Shown here one piece after another: positions 19,074-29,331 of a stretch of 64,000 nucleotides of DNA (positions within the stretch are counted from its first letter, which is position 1; every line of letters starts with the position of its first letter). Source of the DNA: Candidatus Omnitrophota bacterium (GTDB taxonomy: Bacteria > Omnitrophota > Omnitrophia > Omnitrophales > Aquincolibacteriaceae). The position numbers and the translations under genes were made by a program. The DNA lies in contig CAIJHQ010000045.1 in the NCBI GenBank assembly GCA_903820505.1, positions 79,625 through 143,624 of the forward strand, read 5' to 3'. The notes under the pieces were generated by a model. The model saw only the letters and a program-made list of their open reading frames with translations, was not told the DNA's origin and made no database searches.

Positions 19074-20021
19074 TTATCCCCCCATAACCTGTCTAAAATA
19101 GGCAACCGTCCGTTTTAATCCTTCGTCGAGCGCGATCTCAGGGCTCCAGGAAAGATATTTTCGGGCTCTGCTAATGTCCGGTCGCCGGACCCTGGGATCA
19201 TCCACCGGTAGCGGCTGATGCTCGATCACGCTGGAACTCCCGGTCATCTGAATGATCTTCTGCGCGAGATCCAGCATGGACATCTCGTCCGGGTTCCCGA
19301 TGTTGACGGGATCGTTCAGATCCGAGAACAGGAGCTTCTCGATGCCGTTGACCATATCATCGATGTAACAAAGACTGCGCGTCTGGGACCCGTCCCCAAA
19401 AACCGTCAATGGCCGGCCCGTCAGCGCCTGCGAAAAGAATGCCGGGATCGCGCGGCCGTCGTTCAAACGCATGCGCGGCCCATAGGTATTGAAAATGCGC
19501 ACGATCTTCGTATTCATTTTGTGGGTCCTGTGATACGCCATGGTCATCGCCTCGGCGTACCGTTTCGCCTCGTCATAAACGCCGCGGGGACCGATCGGGT
19601 TCACGTTCCCCCAATAATCCTCAGGTTGGGGATGCACCAGCGGATCCCCGTACACTTCCGAGGTCGACGCCAGAAGAAAAACAGCCTTTTTTTCTTTAGC
19701 CAAACCCAACGCATTGTGCGTCCCCAAAGCGCCGACTTTCAGCGTCTGGATAGGATATTGTAGATAATCCAGCGGGCTTGCCGGCGACGCAAAGTGGAGT
19801 ATATAGTCCACCGGCCCCGGGAAAGAAATGTGTTTGCTGACATCGTGACGGATCAGATGGAAAGACGCGTTTTTCTTGAAGGCTTCGATATTCTTTTCAT
19901 TGCCGGTCAAAAAGTTATCAACGGCGTAAACCTGAAATCCCCGATCCAAAAACCGGGCGCAAAGATGGGAGCCGAGAAAACCGCCGCCGCCCGTGACCAC
20001 GCACGTCTGTTGAGAAGTCAT
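19074..20021 (-). CDS. uxs: UDP-glucuronate decarboxylase (UDP-xylose synthase)
   Basis: [49 protein letters not shown]. Start is ATG 20021 or GTG 20024, after AAGGAG. Confidence 0.88.
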   Translation of the reverse strand: MTSQQTCVVTGGGGFLGSHLCARFLDRGFQVYAVDNFLTGNEKNIEAFKKNASFHLIRHDVSKHISFPGPVDYILHFASPASPLDYLQYPIQTLKVGALGTHNALGLAKEKKAVFLLASTSEVYGDPLVHPQPEDYWGNVNPIGPRGVYDEAKRYAEAMTMAYHRTHKMNTKIVRIFNTYGPRMRLNDGRAIPAFFSQALTGRPLTVFGDGSQTRSLCYIDDMVNGIEKLLFSDLNDPVNIGNPDEMSMLDLAQKIIQMTGSSSVIEHQPLPVDDPRVRRPDISRARKYLSWSPEIALDEGLKRTVAYFRQVMGG

Positions 20022-20995
20022 CACGCGATGTTCTCCTTTTCCGCCGCTTGCGCCTTCGCTTTCTGTTCCTCCACTTCTTTCACTTCTTTCCAGCGCGGCA
20101 GGAATTCCTTCACGGCTTCGTCCCACGGTCTCAACTGCAGTCCGAGGACCTCCCGAGCCTTATCCAGCGAGAGAACGGAATTCAAGGGCCGTGGCGCCGG
20201 CCGCTTGAGTTGAGAGGTCGGAATGTCTTTCACTTTGATACCGTTCAGATTCTCCGATTTGAGTATGAATCGCGCGAAATCGGCCCAATGGACCGTCCCC
20301 TCGTTCCCGAGGTTGAAGATCTCGCGACTCCTGGCCTCAACGCATTCCCTTTTATCGCGCAGCACCGTGAGCAGCGACTGCGCCACATCCCAGGTATAGG
20401 TCGGACGGCCGACCTGGTCGTTCACGACGGAAAGCGTCTTCAATTCAGCGGCCTGCCGGAGGATCGCCTTCGGGAACGAGCGTCCCCAGACACCGTAAAG
20501 CCATGTAATACGGAAAATGATCGCCCGTTGCGCGTGCGCCAAAATATATCTTTCCGCATCAAGTTTCGTTTGCCCATAGAAATTGATAGGACACGGAACG
20601 TCCGTCTCCGTGTAGGGTTCCTTCTTCGACCCGTCAAAAACATAGTCCGTGCTGAAAAAAATAACGGGAATATCAAGCTCATTGCACACGTCCACCACGT
20701 TCTTCGTGGCGCCGACATTGAGCTCTTCGGCCTCGTCGTGATGGTCTTCGCAGTAATCCACGTCCGTCAGGGCGGCGGTGTGGATCACGACATGCGGCCG
20801 ATGGCTCAGAATGGCATCGCGTGTTTTTCGGGGCTGGGTCAGGTCACAAATGTCGTAAGGAACGCATAAATGCACTACAGGCCGTTTTTCAAGACCCCCA
20901 ACTTCGAAGTGCGGGTTCAGTACCGTGACGAGATCCGTTCCGAGCATCCCGCCCGCCCCCGTGATCAGGACTTTCCGGGCATCAGGGTTCGTCAT
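20021..20995 (-). CDS. rmlD: dTDP-4-dehydrorhamnose reductase
   Basis: [41 protein letters not shown]; start ATG 20995. Confidence 0.92.
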   Translation of the reverse strand: MTNPDARKVLITGAGGMLGTDLVTVLNPHFEVGGLEKRPVVHLCVPYDICDLTQPRKTRDAILSHRPHVVIHTAALTDVDYCEDHHDEAEELNVGATKNVVDVCNELDIPVIFFSTDYVFDGSKKEPYTETDVPCPINFYGQTKLDAERYILAHAQRAIIFRITWLYGVWGRSFPKAILRQAAELKTLSVVNDQVGRPTYTWDVAQSLLTVLRDKRECVEARSREIFNLGNEGTVHWADFARFILKSENLNGIKVKDIPTSQLKRPAPRPLNSVLSLDKAREVLGLQLRPWDEAVKEFLPRWKEVKEVEEQKAKAQAAEKENIA

Positions 20996-20997
20996 TG

Positions 20998-21975
20998 TTA
21001 TTTCACCGTGTACTTGTCTTTTTTGAGCGGCCGCCACCATGCCGGGTTCTCTTGATACCAGCGGATCGTCGCCTCCAGGCCCTTTTGAAAGCTCCAACGC
21101 GGTTTGAACCCCAGCTTCCGCAATTTATTAAAATTAAGGGCGTAGCGCAGATCATGCCCGAGGCGGTCCGGGACATAGCGGATCATCTCCTTGCCCTTTT
21201 TGAAACGTCTGAGAATGGAATGCGTCAGTTCCAAATTACTCATCTCGTTGTGAGCGCCGACATTATAGATCTCCCCCGTCCTGCCTTTTTCAAGGACCAG
21301 CAGAACGGCGCGGCAAGCATCCTCCACAAAGATCCAGTCCCGGCGATTCCTGCCGTTCCCGTAAAGCGGAACGGTCTGACCGGCCAACAGGTTGGTGACG
21401 AAAAGCGGGATGACCTTTTCGGGAAATTGGTACGGCCCGAAATTGTTCGTACAGCGGACGATCATGGCCGGATGTTTGAACGTTTCCTGGAACGAACGCA
21501 CCAGAAGATCGGCGGCTGCCTTGGAGGCCGCGTACGGGCTGTTCGGCAAAAGCCGCGCCCGCTCGTCCGCGAACCCTTTTGCGACCGATCCATAGACCTC
21601 ATCCGTGGACATATGGACGAACCGTTTGATCCCGCAGGCAAGCGAGGATTCCAGCAGGGACGCCGTGCCCAAAATGTTGGTACGGAGAAACTCGTCCGCG
21701 CTCTCGATCGAACGATCGACATGCGTTTCCGCTGCAAAGTGGGCCACCGCTGCGGCCCGCTTCATCAGGGCATGAACAAGTTTTTTGTCTTCAATGGCCC
21801 CGCGAACGAACTCATAACGGGACGAATTCGCATAGTCTCTTGTGTTAGCAAGATTCCCGGAATAGCTCAGCTTGTCCAGGTTCATCACGCCCCAGCCGGA
21901 ACGGTTTTTCAGGAAATAACGGATGAAATTCGAACCGATGAACCCGCAACCTCCGGTGACCAGCAAGCGCTTCAT
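20998..21975 (-). CDS. rmlB: dTDP-glucose 4,6-dehydratase
   Basis: GGCGFIG, FAAETHVDRSI, STDEVYG, YAASK, NNFGPYQFPEK, GHDLRY; start ATG 21975 (ATGA overlap). Confidence 0.95.
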   Translation of the reverse strand: MKRLLVTGGCGFIGSNFIRYFLKNRSGWGVMNLDKLSYSGNLANTRDYANSSRYEFVRGAIEDKKLVHALMKRAAAVAHFAAETHVDRSIESADEFLRTNILGTASLLESSLACGIKRFVHMSTDEVYGSVAKGFADERARLLPNSPYAASKAAADLLVRSFQETFKHPAMIVRCTNNFGPYQFPEKVIPLFVTNLLAGQTVPLYGNGRNRRDWIFVEDACRAVLLVLEKGRTGEIYNVGAHNEMSNLELTHSILRRFKKGKEMIRYVPDRLGHDLRYALNFNKLRKLGFKPRWSFQKGLEATIRWYQENPAWWRPLKKDKYTVK

Positions 21976-22703
21976 GATCCGCTTCCGCCTGCGTGCCTGG
22001 CCACCAGATTGCCGGCTCGATGAAGGGATTCGAAAGTCCCGGCATCGGTCCAAAACCCTTTAAGAAAATCGAATTCCAGAACGCCCCGCTTGAGATACCA
22101 ATTGTTCACGTCCGTGATCTCGAGCTCCCCGCGGCGGGATGGCTTCAAGGTCCGGATAAAATTAAAAACTTCCGCATCATAGAGGTAGATCCCGACCACA
22201 GCGTAGGGGCTGTCCGGTTTTTTGGGTTTCTCGGTGATCCTGACGATCTTATCGCCGCGCAGGGCCGCGACACCGAAGCGCTCCGGATCCGGGACTTTCT
22301 TCAAAAGCAGACGCGCTCCTTCGGCCTGCCTCTCGAAATGACGCACCTGGGGCGAAATATCTTCCTGAATGATATTGTCGCCGAGGATCACGACCATTTT
22401 CTCGCCGTTCACGAAATGTTCCGCGAGGCTCAGGGCGTGAGCGATGCCCCCCTCGCCTTCCTGGTACGTGTAATTAATGTGCTTCAGGCCGAACTGCTTA
22501 CCGTTCCCGAGCAATTTCAGGAAATCCCCGGAAGAATTTCCGCCCGTCACCACCAGAATATCCCGGATCCCGGCCTTCACCAGGGTCTCGATCGGATAAT
22601 AGATCATAGGCTTGTTGTAAACCGGCAAGAGATGCTTGTTCGTAACTTTGGTCAGCGGAAAAAGCCGGCTGCCAAGACCTCCGGCGAGAATGACACCCTT
22701 CAT
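21972..22703 (-). CDS. rmlA: Glucose-1-phosphate thymidylyltransferase (short form)
   Basis: ILAGGLGSRL, KHLLPVYNKPMIYY, LGDN, EKP, RGELEITD, WTDAGT. Confidence 0.92.
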   Translation of the reverse strand: MKGVILAGGLGSRLFPLTKVTNKHLLPVYNKPMIYYPIETLVKAGIRDILVVTGGNSSGDFLKLLGNGKQFGLKHINYTYQEGEGGIAHALSLAEHFVNGEKMVVILGDNIIQEDISPQVRHFERQAEGARLLLKKVPDPERFGVAALRGDKIVRITEKPKKPDSPYAVVGIYLYDAEVFNFIRTLKPSRRGELEITDVNNWYLKRGVLEFDFLKGFWTDAGTFESLHRAGNLVARHAGGSGS

Positions 22704-22758
22704 AGATTCACCCTGTTGGTGGTGGAAACATCCTTGGTTTTAACGTTCCCGATTCCCG

Positions 22759-24054
22759 TCAAGCCGGCCGGCCGACACTGACGTAACGGAAACCGTTCGC
22801 TTTCATTTCAGTCGGCTGGAACATATTACGGCCGTCAAAAAAGAAGTTGGACCTCATGAGACGGCGCAAACGCTTCCAATCCAGGTTCAGAAACTCTTTC
22901 CATTCCGTAAGGACCGCGACCGCATGGGCCCCTTTGGCCGCCTGATAAGGATCATCCGTAAAGGTAACCTCCCTGAAAAGCGCCCGGCACTTCGCCGTTG
23001 CCTGGCAGTCATAAGCCTGGATCCGCGCGCCTTCCTTTTGAAGCATCTGAACGATCGGGATCGACGGCGCCGAACGCATGTCGTCGGTGTCCGGCTTGAA
23101 GACCAGCCCCAGGATCCCGAGCGTCTTTCCCTTGAGGTTCCGCATTTCGCTCAGGATCTTTCGGACAAAATATTCGCGCTGCGTGTCATTGACCCGAAGG
23201 ACATCGGCCAGGATATCGAACCGGACACCCAATTGTTCGGAAATATGCAGGAAAGCGCTCAGGTCCTTGGGAAAGCACGAACCGCCGAACCCGATCCCCG
23301 CCTTGAGGAACTGCGGGCCGATCCGGGGGTCCAATCCCATCCCCAAAGTGACTTTCTCGACATCCGCCCCAACGGCGTCGCAGACACGCGATAACGCGTT
23401 CGCAAAAGATATCTTGGTCGAGAGAAAGGAATTCGACGCGTGCTTGATCAGCTCCGCGCTTTTGATGTCCGTCGCGATGATGGGCGCCTTCAGAGAACCG
23501 TAAAGTTTCCGCAGAAGTTTCTCCGCGCGCGCGCTTGAGACGCCGATCACGATCCGGTCAGGCTGAAGGAAATCGTGGATCGCGGAACCTTCTCTCAGAA
23601 ACTCCGGATTGGACGCCACATCGAAGTGGACGCCGCTCCGGACGTTGCGCTTGATGGTGCGGCGGACCCATTCACCGGTCTCCACCGGCACCGTGCTTTT
23701 TTCCACTACCAAGCAGTATTTGCGCAGATGCGTGGCGATCTGTTTGGCGACCTTTTCCACGAACCTCAGATCCGCCCCGCCGTTGGCCCTCGAAGGCGTG
23801 TGCACGCAAATGAACAGGACTTCACAACGATTGACGATCCGCGTAATGTCATGGGTGAAAGAAAGTCTTTTGGCCGCGACGTTCTCCAGGACCATTTCCA
23901 TAAGCCCCGGTTCGTAGAACGGGACCTTACCGTTCTTGAGGGTGCGGACCTTTTCGACGTCCTGATCCACGCAGGTCACGATATGCCCCAGATGGGCTAG
24001 ACAAGCACCCGTCACGAGACCCACATAGCCCGAACCGATTATACCGATCTTCAC
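22759..24054 (-). CDS. ugd: UDP-glucose 6-dehydrogenase
   Basis: GSGYVG, KSTVP, NPEFLREG, GFGGSCFPKD, FKPDTDDMR, DGRN. Confidence 0.95.
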   Translation of the reverse strand: MKIGIIGSGYVGLVTGACLAHLGHIVTCVDQDVEKVRTLKNGKVPFYEPGLMEMVLENVAAKRLSFTHDITRIVNRCEVLFICVHTPSRANGGADLRFVEKVAKQIATHLRKYCLVVEKSTVPVETGEWVRRTIKRNVRSGVHFDVASNPEFLREGSAIHDFLQPDRIVIGVSSARAEKLLRKLYGSLKAPIIATDIKSAELIKHASNSFLSTKISFANALSRVCDAVGADVEKVTLGMGLDPRIGPQFLKAGIGFGGSCFPKDLSAFLHISEQLGVRFDILADVLRVNDTQREYFVRKILSEMRNLKGKTLGILGLVFKPDTDDMRSAPSIPIVQMLQKEGARIQAYDCQATAKCRALFREVTFTDDPYQAAKGAHAVAVLTEWKEFLNLDWKRLRRLMRSNFFFDGRNMFQPTEMKANGFRYVSVGRPA

Positions 24055-24078
24055 GCGAGGGTTTCCATGGGCAAAGGA

Positions 24079-26508
24079 CTATGTTTGCAGCGAGATCAAC
24101 TGGCTTTCCGCCGGGTTCATGAGACCGGTGGCGAATTCATTGGCTCCGGCCACTGTCTCGCCGATCCGCGGTTCCGAGAAGGAAGCCTTGCTGCCGTTTC
24201 GAAGCGCCAGGTCCGGGAACCCTTTCATCCGGAAATTGAAATAAAGCTGATTGTTATTGGAATCGATCAGCGAATTGCGGACGGTGTAACCGAACTCCAA
24301 AATGAAATCGTGCAGGTCCCTGGCCGCGGAGACCTGCCATTCCTGCAAACCATCGCCTCCCGTTTGCCAGCGGATGTAGCCTCCGACTTCCCACAGATGG
24401 TTGATCTGATAACGGGTATCAAAAACGAACTGCTCACTGCCCTCGATCCACTGGGCATCATACCAGTCATAATAATTATGGGTAAACCTCTGTCCGAAAA
24501 GAAAACGTAATTTTCCGCGCCGGATCATGATGTCCTGGTTCGCCACCTTCAGATAGTGATGAGCGAAATCATACTGGAGACGCGCCTGATACTGGAGCCA
24601 CTCGTAAGGCCGCAACGTCAGTTCCCCGCCGACGAACGTGAACCGGCTCCCCGAGATCGTCGGATCCAAAGGTTGCCCTTCATACTGCACGTAGGTATTG
24701 AGGCTTACGATATCGACCCGCTTCGTCCGTCCGCCGACCATGCGCTTGGTCTGAAGCCGGTTCTCCAGGCCCAGGGTGATGTTCTGGGTATCATCCAGCG
24801 CGTCCGCCGTATCGAAACGCGTCAGCCGGTCCATAGCAACGGTCGAGTAGGCCCCTTCGTACCGAACGCTCGGCTCGACAATATGCCGGAGCTGGTTGAC
24901 TTCAATCCCTAGTTTGTCGAATGAGACGTCATGCGTTTTATAAAAGTGCGTCCGGAGGTCCGCGCCGTATTCGAAAATATTGCGGTAAGTCGCGGAATTG
25001 GAATGCGCCTGATGGCTGTACTCGGTGCCGCGATAGCCGGCGAAGGGCGTCAGCTTGATCTCTTTCCACTTGAGAGGCAAATACCACCGGCTGTAGGCAT
25101 CCGTGCGGATCGAGTCCTGCTGCTCCGTACTGTGACTGTAAGTTTTATACAAATTATCGAACTGGACGCGGCTTTCGTTATAGACCCAGTCCTTGAGGAA
25201 CGGCTGGTTTTTCCAATCCAGACGCACTTCCGGCAACCGCTCGACGACCGATTCATAACTGTTCATCTTCTTTTCAAGAAAGACCATGGCACCATAACGT
25301 TCCGTATTGTGCGTTCCCGTCACGAATGAAAACGGCTGCATTTCGGCGCGATATTCCCTTTCAAAGAAATCCTGGAGAAAATATTCATCCGCCACGCGAT
25401 GGTAGCGCAGGATCACGTTGGTATTCTCTCCAAAATCCGAGCGGTGGCGCCAGGTGATCCGACCGCGGGTCCTGTCTTCACGTTTTGCGTAGGGATTGTC
25501 CTCATCGGAACCCACGTCCCTGTAACCCGGCGTCGGGGCTTCCTTATCCTGGGTCACATAAAGCTTCACGTTCCCGTGAGCATACTTTCCAAAATTATAA
25601 TACTGGTCCCACCCGCCACCGACACCGCGCTTGGCCCGCCAATCCAAATGGGCCTGGCCCCAAAGATACTTATTGAAAGCGATCCCCTTGGTAAGCTCGA
25701 TATAGCCCCCGAATTGTTTCGAATATCCCGGAGAGACCTGGAACGGAAGTGTCGGCATATCAAGCGGCACGGTAACGTAGGGCCACCAGAACACCGGCTT
25801 CCCGAGCACATAGATCGTCGCGTTGTACATGACCAGTTTCACGTTGGTATAGAGAGTGGCCTTCGTGCAACGAATCTCGTAATGCGGTTTATCATAACTG
25901 CAGGTAGTGACGCGACCCTTCTTGATCTTGTCGACACCTTCGCGAATCTGGTGAATCTCGGCACCCCGCGCGTACCACGTCCCTCCCATATCGCCCGGTT
26001 TCAGCCGCGGGTCCGGAGGCCCTTTTTGCGTCGTCAAAGCGCCGGGAGCGCTGATCGCGCGCGCGTTCGGAAAACTTCCCGTATGGTTCGAAAAATCGTA
26101 ATAAGCCTCTTCACCTTGAAGCCGCGGAGAGTCCCCCTCAAAGATCATGACGTGACCTTTGGCATAAGCCTTTTTGGTATCGGTCTCGACCTCCGCATAG
26201 TCCGCGAGCAATTTGGTCCGCTGGTAGGTGATGACCGCGTTGCCGCGGGCGATCATTTTTCCGGATTCCTTGTTGTACTCCAGGCTGTCGGCAACGGCCT
26301 CTACATTCGCCTGTTTTGCGTCATAGATCGTTTGAATGGGAAAATCACGCTTGGCAGGGGCGGAGGCCGCAGCGCCGGAAGCGGTTTTCTCCTCGGAGGA
26401 TTTGTCAGCAGCGAACACCGAGATCCCGGAAAGTAGAACAAGCGAGAGCAGGCCAACAAGGGGAACGATCACGGCCGCAGAGAATTTTGGATCAACCTTG
26501 CTTTTCAC
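24079..26508 (-). CDS. lptD: LPS-assembly outer-membrane protein LptD
   Basis: Signal peptide, beta-jellyroll N-domain (ADSLEY, ARGNAVITY), TTC...PHY, aromatic beta-barrel, RHIVEP, LENRLQTK, RDLHD. Confidence 0.82.
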   Translation of the reverse strand: MKSKVDPKFSAAVIVPLVGLLSLVLLSGISVFAADKSSEEKTASGAAASAPAKRDFPIQTIYDAKQANVEAVADSLEYNKESGKMIARGNAVITYQRTKLLADYAEVETDTKKAYAKGHVMIFEGDSPRLQGEEAYYDFSNHTGSFPNARAISAPGALTTQKGPPDPRLKPGDMGGTWYARGAEIHQIREGVDKIKKGRVTTCSYDKPHYEIRCTKATLYTNVKLVMYNATIYVLGKPVFWWPYVTVPLDMPTLPFQVSPGYSKQFGGYIELTKGIAFNKYLWGQAHLDWRAKRGVGGGWDQYYNFGKYAHGNVKLYVTQDKEAPTPGYRDVGSDEDNPYAKREDRTRGRITWRHRSDFGENTNVILRYHRVADEYFLQDFFEREYRAEMQPFSFVTGTHNTERYGAMVFLEKKMNSYESVVERLPEVRLDWKNQPFLKDWVYNESRVQFDNLYKTYSHSTEQQDSIRTDAYSRWYLPLKWKEIKLTPFAGYRGTEYSHQAHSNSATYRNIFEYGADLRTHFYKTHDVSFDKLGIEVNQLRHIVEPSVRYEGAYSTVAMDRLTRFDTADALDDTQNITLGLENRLQTKRMVGGRTKRVDIVSLNTYVQYEGQPLDPTISGSRFTFVGGELTLRPYEWLQYQARLQYDFAHHYLKVANQDIMIRRGKLRFLFGQRFTHNYYDWYDAQWIEGSEQFVFDTRYQINHLWEVGGYIRWQTGGDGLQEWQVSAARDLHDFILEFGYTVRNSLIDSNNNQLYFNFRMKGFPDLALRNGSKASFSEPRIGETVAGANEFATGLMNPAESQLISLQT

Positions 26509-27887
26509 GATCTCTTGATATCCTTATAAAGACAAACGCGGTTACGTCCTTCTTCCTTAGCCTTGTACATGGCCTCGTCGGCCATCCGGATCAGCTCCGA
26601 CACGATCGCTTTCGTATCCGCTGTTTCGGGATCGACCACCGACTCACCGTCAAACACCGCGATCCCCTGACTTACTGTGACCTTCGTTTTGTCATTATAG
26701 ACCTGAAAGTCATGTCGCGCGATATTGGAGCGGATACGCTCGGCCACTTCGGCAGCGTTCATCACCCGGGTCTCCGGCATGGCCACCACGAATTCCTCTC
26801 CGCCGTACCTTCCCACGAGATCGACCCGGCGGAGGTTCCTTTTCAGCAAATCCGCAACATCCTTCAGAGTGGCGTCACCCACTAGGTGTCCGAATTCGTC
26901 ATTATATCTTTTGAAAAGATCGATGTCTAACATTAATACGGTCAATGGGAGCTTGAACCGGATACTGCGCTTCAATTCCTCCTCAAGACGCTCCATAAAG
27001 TGATGCCGCACGAAAACCTGGGTCAATTCGTCCACGATCGCAAGCGCCCTGACGGTCTCGTAAAGCTTGATCTTCTTGATAAGGAGGACAAGGTACGCGC
27101 TCAAGACCTCTACGCGCGCAAGATCTTCCTCCTTGATGCCATGGATCGCGAAAACCGAGCTAAGTTCGTCGCCATCCAGGATCGGAAAGTACCAGCTGCT
27201 CCCCTGGCGCACCATCGTTTTGGTGTTCTTCATCGCGACAAAACTTTCCAATTCCAGGAGGGTCAGCTCGCGCTCTTCCTCTTTAACACCTTCCTGCAAC
27301 ATCTCATAGATCTTGATAAGCCCCGCGCCCTTTTCCAGGCCCGGCTTTATGCTCAGAAAGATCTGCATCCGCTGGAACGAAAGTTCGGAACGCAACTTTT
27401 TCAATAAGTAATCGGTCAGGGTCTCGAAGTCCATACATTCGCTGAAGTCGCGGGCGATCTCAAAGAGGTTCATCAGGCTGCTGACCTGAACTTCAAGGTG
27501 CCGCAGACTGTTCAGCCTCGTCTGGTACTTGCTTTGGAGCGACTCCAGCGTTTTCCGCACGTCCTCTTTCTTCGTCTGCGCCAGCGCGAAAAAACGTTTC
27601 AGTTCCGCGAAATAATAACAAAGAGCAAAAAAGAGGAACAGCTGGATGCCCCACAGGACCGACACACGCCAGCGCGGGACCCCAAGAAAAAAATCACCCT
27701 GGAGGGCGACGACCACGATCAATGCGCCCACAAAAAAAAGATAGGCTCTTTCCTTCAGGAAGTAAAAAAGCGGGAAGATCCAGAGCGTGGAGATCAAAAA
27801 ATGGACCAGAGGAAGGTCCCTCGATTGCCAGAAAACGAAAAAGACCAGCGCGCCGAGAACTGCGAGGATCAGGAGGCACTTACGCAT
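26505..27887 (-). CDS. Membrane diguanylate cyclase (TM, coiled coil, GAF-like, GGDEF)
   Basis: DIDLFKRYNDEFGHLVGD; RRVD (RxxD I-site) five residues before GGEEF. Confidence 0.9.
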   Translation of the reverse strand: MRKCLLILAVLGALVFFVFWQSRDLPLVHFLISTLWIFPLFYFLKERAYLFFVGALIVVVALQGDFFLGVPRWRVSVLWGIQLFLFFALCYYFAELKRFFALAQTKKEDVRKTLESLQSKYQTRLNSLRHLEVQVSSLMNLFEIARDFSECMDFETLTDYLLKKLRSELSFQRMQIFLSIKPGLEKGAGLIKIYEMLQEGVKEEERELTLLELESFVAMKNTKTMVRQGSSWYFPILDGDELSSVFAIHGIKEEDLARVEVLSAYLVLLIKKIKLYETVRALAIVDELTQVFVRHHFMERLEEELKRSIRFKLPLTVLMLDIDLFKRYNDEFGHLVGDATLKDVADLLKRNLRRVDLVGRYGGEEFVVAMPETRVMNAAEVAERIRSNIARHDFQVYNDKTKVTVSQGIAVFDGESVVDPETADTKAIVSELIRMADEAMYKAKEEGRNRVCLYKDIKRS

Positions 27888-29314
27888 ACGCGGTTCCTCC
27901 CCTCACGTTTCGCCTGGTAAAGGGCTTTGTCCGCCTTCTGCACCAGCATTTCCGTGTCCAGAGTGTCTTCGGGAACGCTCGCGACCCCCACCGAAAGGGT
28001 CATTTGGACCTGCTCACGGCGGATGTAGAACAAAGACTTCTCGACCGCTTTTCGGGTCTGCTCCGCGATCCTGACTGCGTCCGCTTTCGATGTTTCGGGA
28101 AGCAGGATCGCGAACTCCTCACCGCCGTAACGCGCCAAAACCGCGTCCTTCAGCGACTTCGTCAGGATCTCTGCCAGCTGGATGAGCATCAGATCGCCGC
28201 CCTGGTGACCGAACCGGTCGTTACATTCCTTGAAATGATCCAGATCGATCATCAGAAGGGACATCTTTTTGTTATTCATGAGCGTCCGCCGATGCTCTTC
28301 CTTGAGGCGCTCGTAGAAATAGCGGCGCACGTAAAGTCCCGTCAGCGCGTCCTTGATCGCAAGTTCTTCCGTTTTCTCATAAAGCATGGCGTTGGAAATA
28401 GCGGAGGACGCCAAGGTCGCGATCGCGTCAAGGAGCCGGAGGTCGTCGTGGCTGAAAACGTTCGGCCGTGTCGCATGAATGGCCAGGGTCCCCGTCACGC
28501 GCCCTTCATGGAAAAGCGGCGCCACGATGAGACTCCGCACGTTCTCTTTTTTTTCCGTTTCACTGAGGACAAAACGGAAATCCTCCTGAGTGTCCATGAC
28601 GATGAGCCGCTTGCGGTTCTTGATACACCAAAAATCAAAAAGATCGCCCTGCTTGACCACCCAGTTCCCCACGGGCCGCATGCGGCGCCGCGCGACGACT
28701 GGAAGCGTTTTTTCTTCCCCGCGCGCGAGCGTGATCTTGGAGTAATCCCCCCGCGGGATAAAATCCATGGCGCGGTCCACGGCCTTCTGCGCCAACTCCC
28801 CCCAGGCGAGGCTGACAGTCAATTCTTCGGCGAGCTTTCGGAGGTTATAGTAAGTGGAGTATTTCTCAAAAAAAGTACTGATGCCCTCCCCTTTCGCCTT
28901 GAACGTCATTTCCAGGTTATTGGTCTCATCCTGGTATTTCTCCTCCTCGATCCCGATCATGCCGATCTGTCCTTCAAAATGCTGCTCCATTTGCGAGAGG
29001 ATCGCCATGAGGGTGCCGTAGACCAGGAAGATCCAGAGAAAAACAGGCAGCTTGGTGATCGAGACCACGAAGAGGATCAACGGGATGAGGAAGGTGAGCG
29101 TCAGAATGTTGACGCCGACCCATTTAAAACGCAACCACGTAGTGAACACGGGAATGCAAAACGCCACCAACACGACCGCGATCCGTTGAAGGTAGGTTTC
29201 CGGATAAAACGCGTGCCTCAACTGAACAAGGTAATGAATGGTGGCATAGACCAGCAGAAGGGCGGCGACCACGCCGACCACGAATGCGATCTGCCGTCGT
29301 GTCAGTGAACCCAT
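27869..29314 (-). CDS. Membrane diguanylate cyclase (TM, GAF, GGDEF)
   Basis: RSLIVAPL...GTL GAF signature; DLDHFKECNDRFGH; RYGGEEF; no RxxD. Confidence 0.92.
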   Translation of the reverse strand: MGSLTRRQIAFVVGVVAALLLVYATIHYLVQLRHAFYPETYLQRIAVVLVAFCIPVFTTWLRFKWVGVNILTLTFLIPLILFVVSITKLPVFLWIFLVYGTLMAILSQMEQHFEGQIGMIGIEEEKYQDETNNLEMTFKAKGEGISTFFEKYSTYYNLRKLAEELTVSLAWGELAQKAVDRAMDFIPRGDYSKITLARGEEKTLPVVARRRMRPVGNWVVKQGDLFDFWCIKNRKRLIVMDTQEDFRFVLSETEKKENVRSLIVAPLFHEGRVTGTLAIHATRPNVFSHDDLRLLDAIATLASSAISNAMLYEKTEELAIKDALTGLYVRRYFYERLKEEHRRTLMNNKKMSLLMIDLDHFKECNDRFGHQGGDLMLIQLAEILTKSLKDAVLARYGGEEFAILLPETSKADAVRIAEQTRKAVEKSLFYIRREQVQMTLSVGVASVPEDTLDTEMLVQKADKALYQAKREGRNRVCVSAS

Positions 29315-29331
29315 AACGAGGCCGGCACCAC

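Noticed and set aside
22704-22725. ACCAACAGGG shared upstream of rmlA and of the gene starting at 49852
   Set aside because: Only two 10-nt copies, both overlapping the ribosome-binding region, which is compatible with chance.
27722-29308. 528-aa plus-strand ORF (similarly 37084-38607, 52472-53695, 61649-63013, 20995-22023, 849-1778)
   Set aside because: These are antisense shadows of well-supported minus-strand genes, have no recognisable motifs, and are expected from codon bias in GC-rich DNA.
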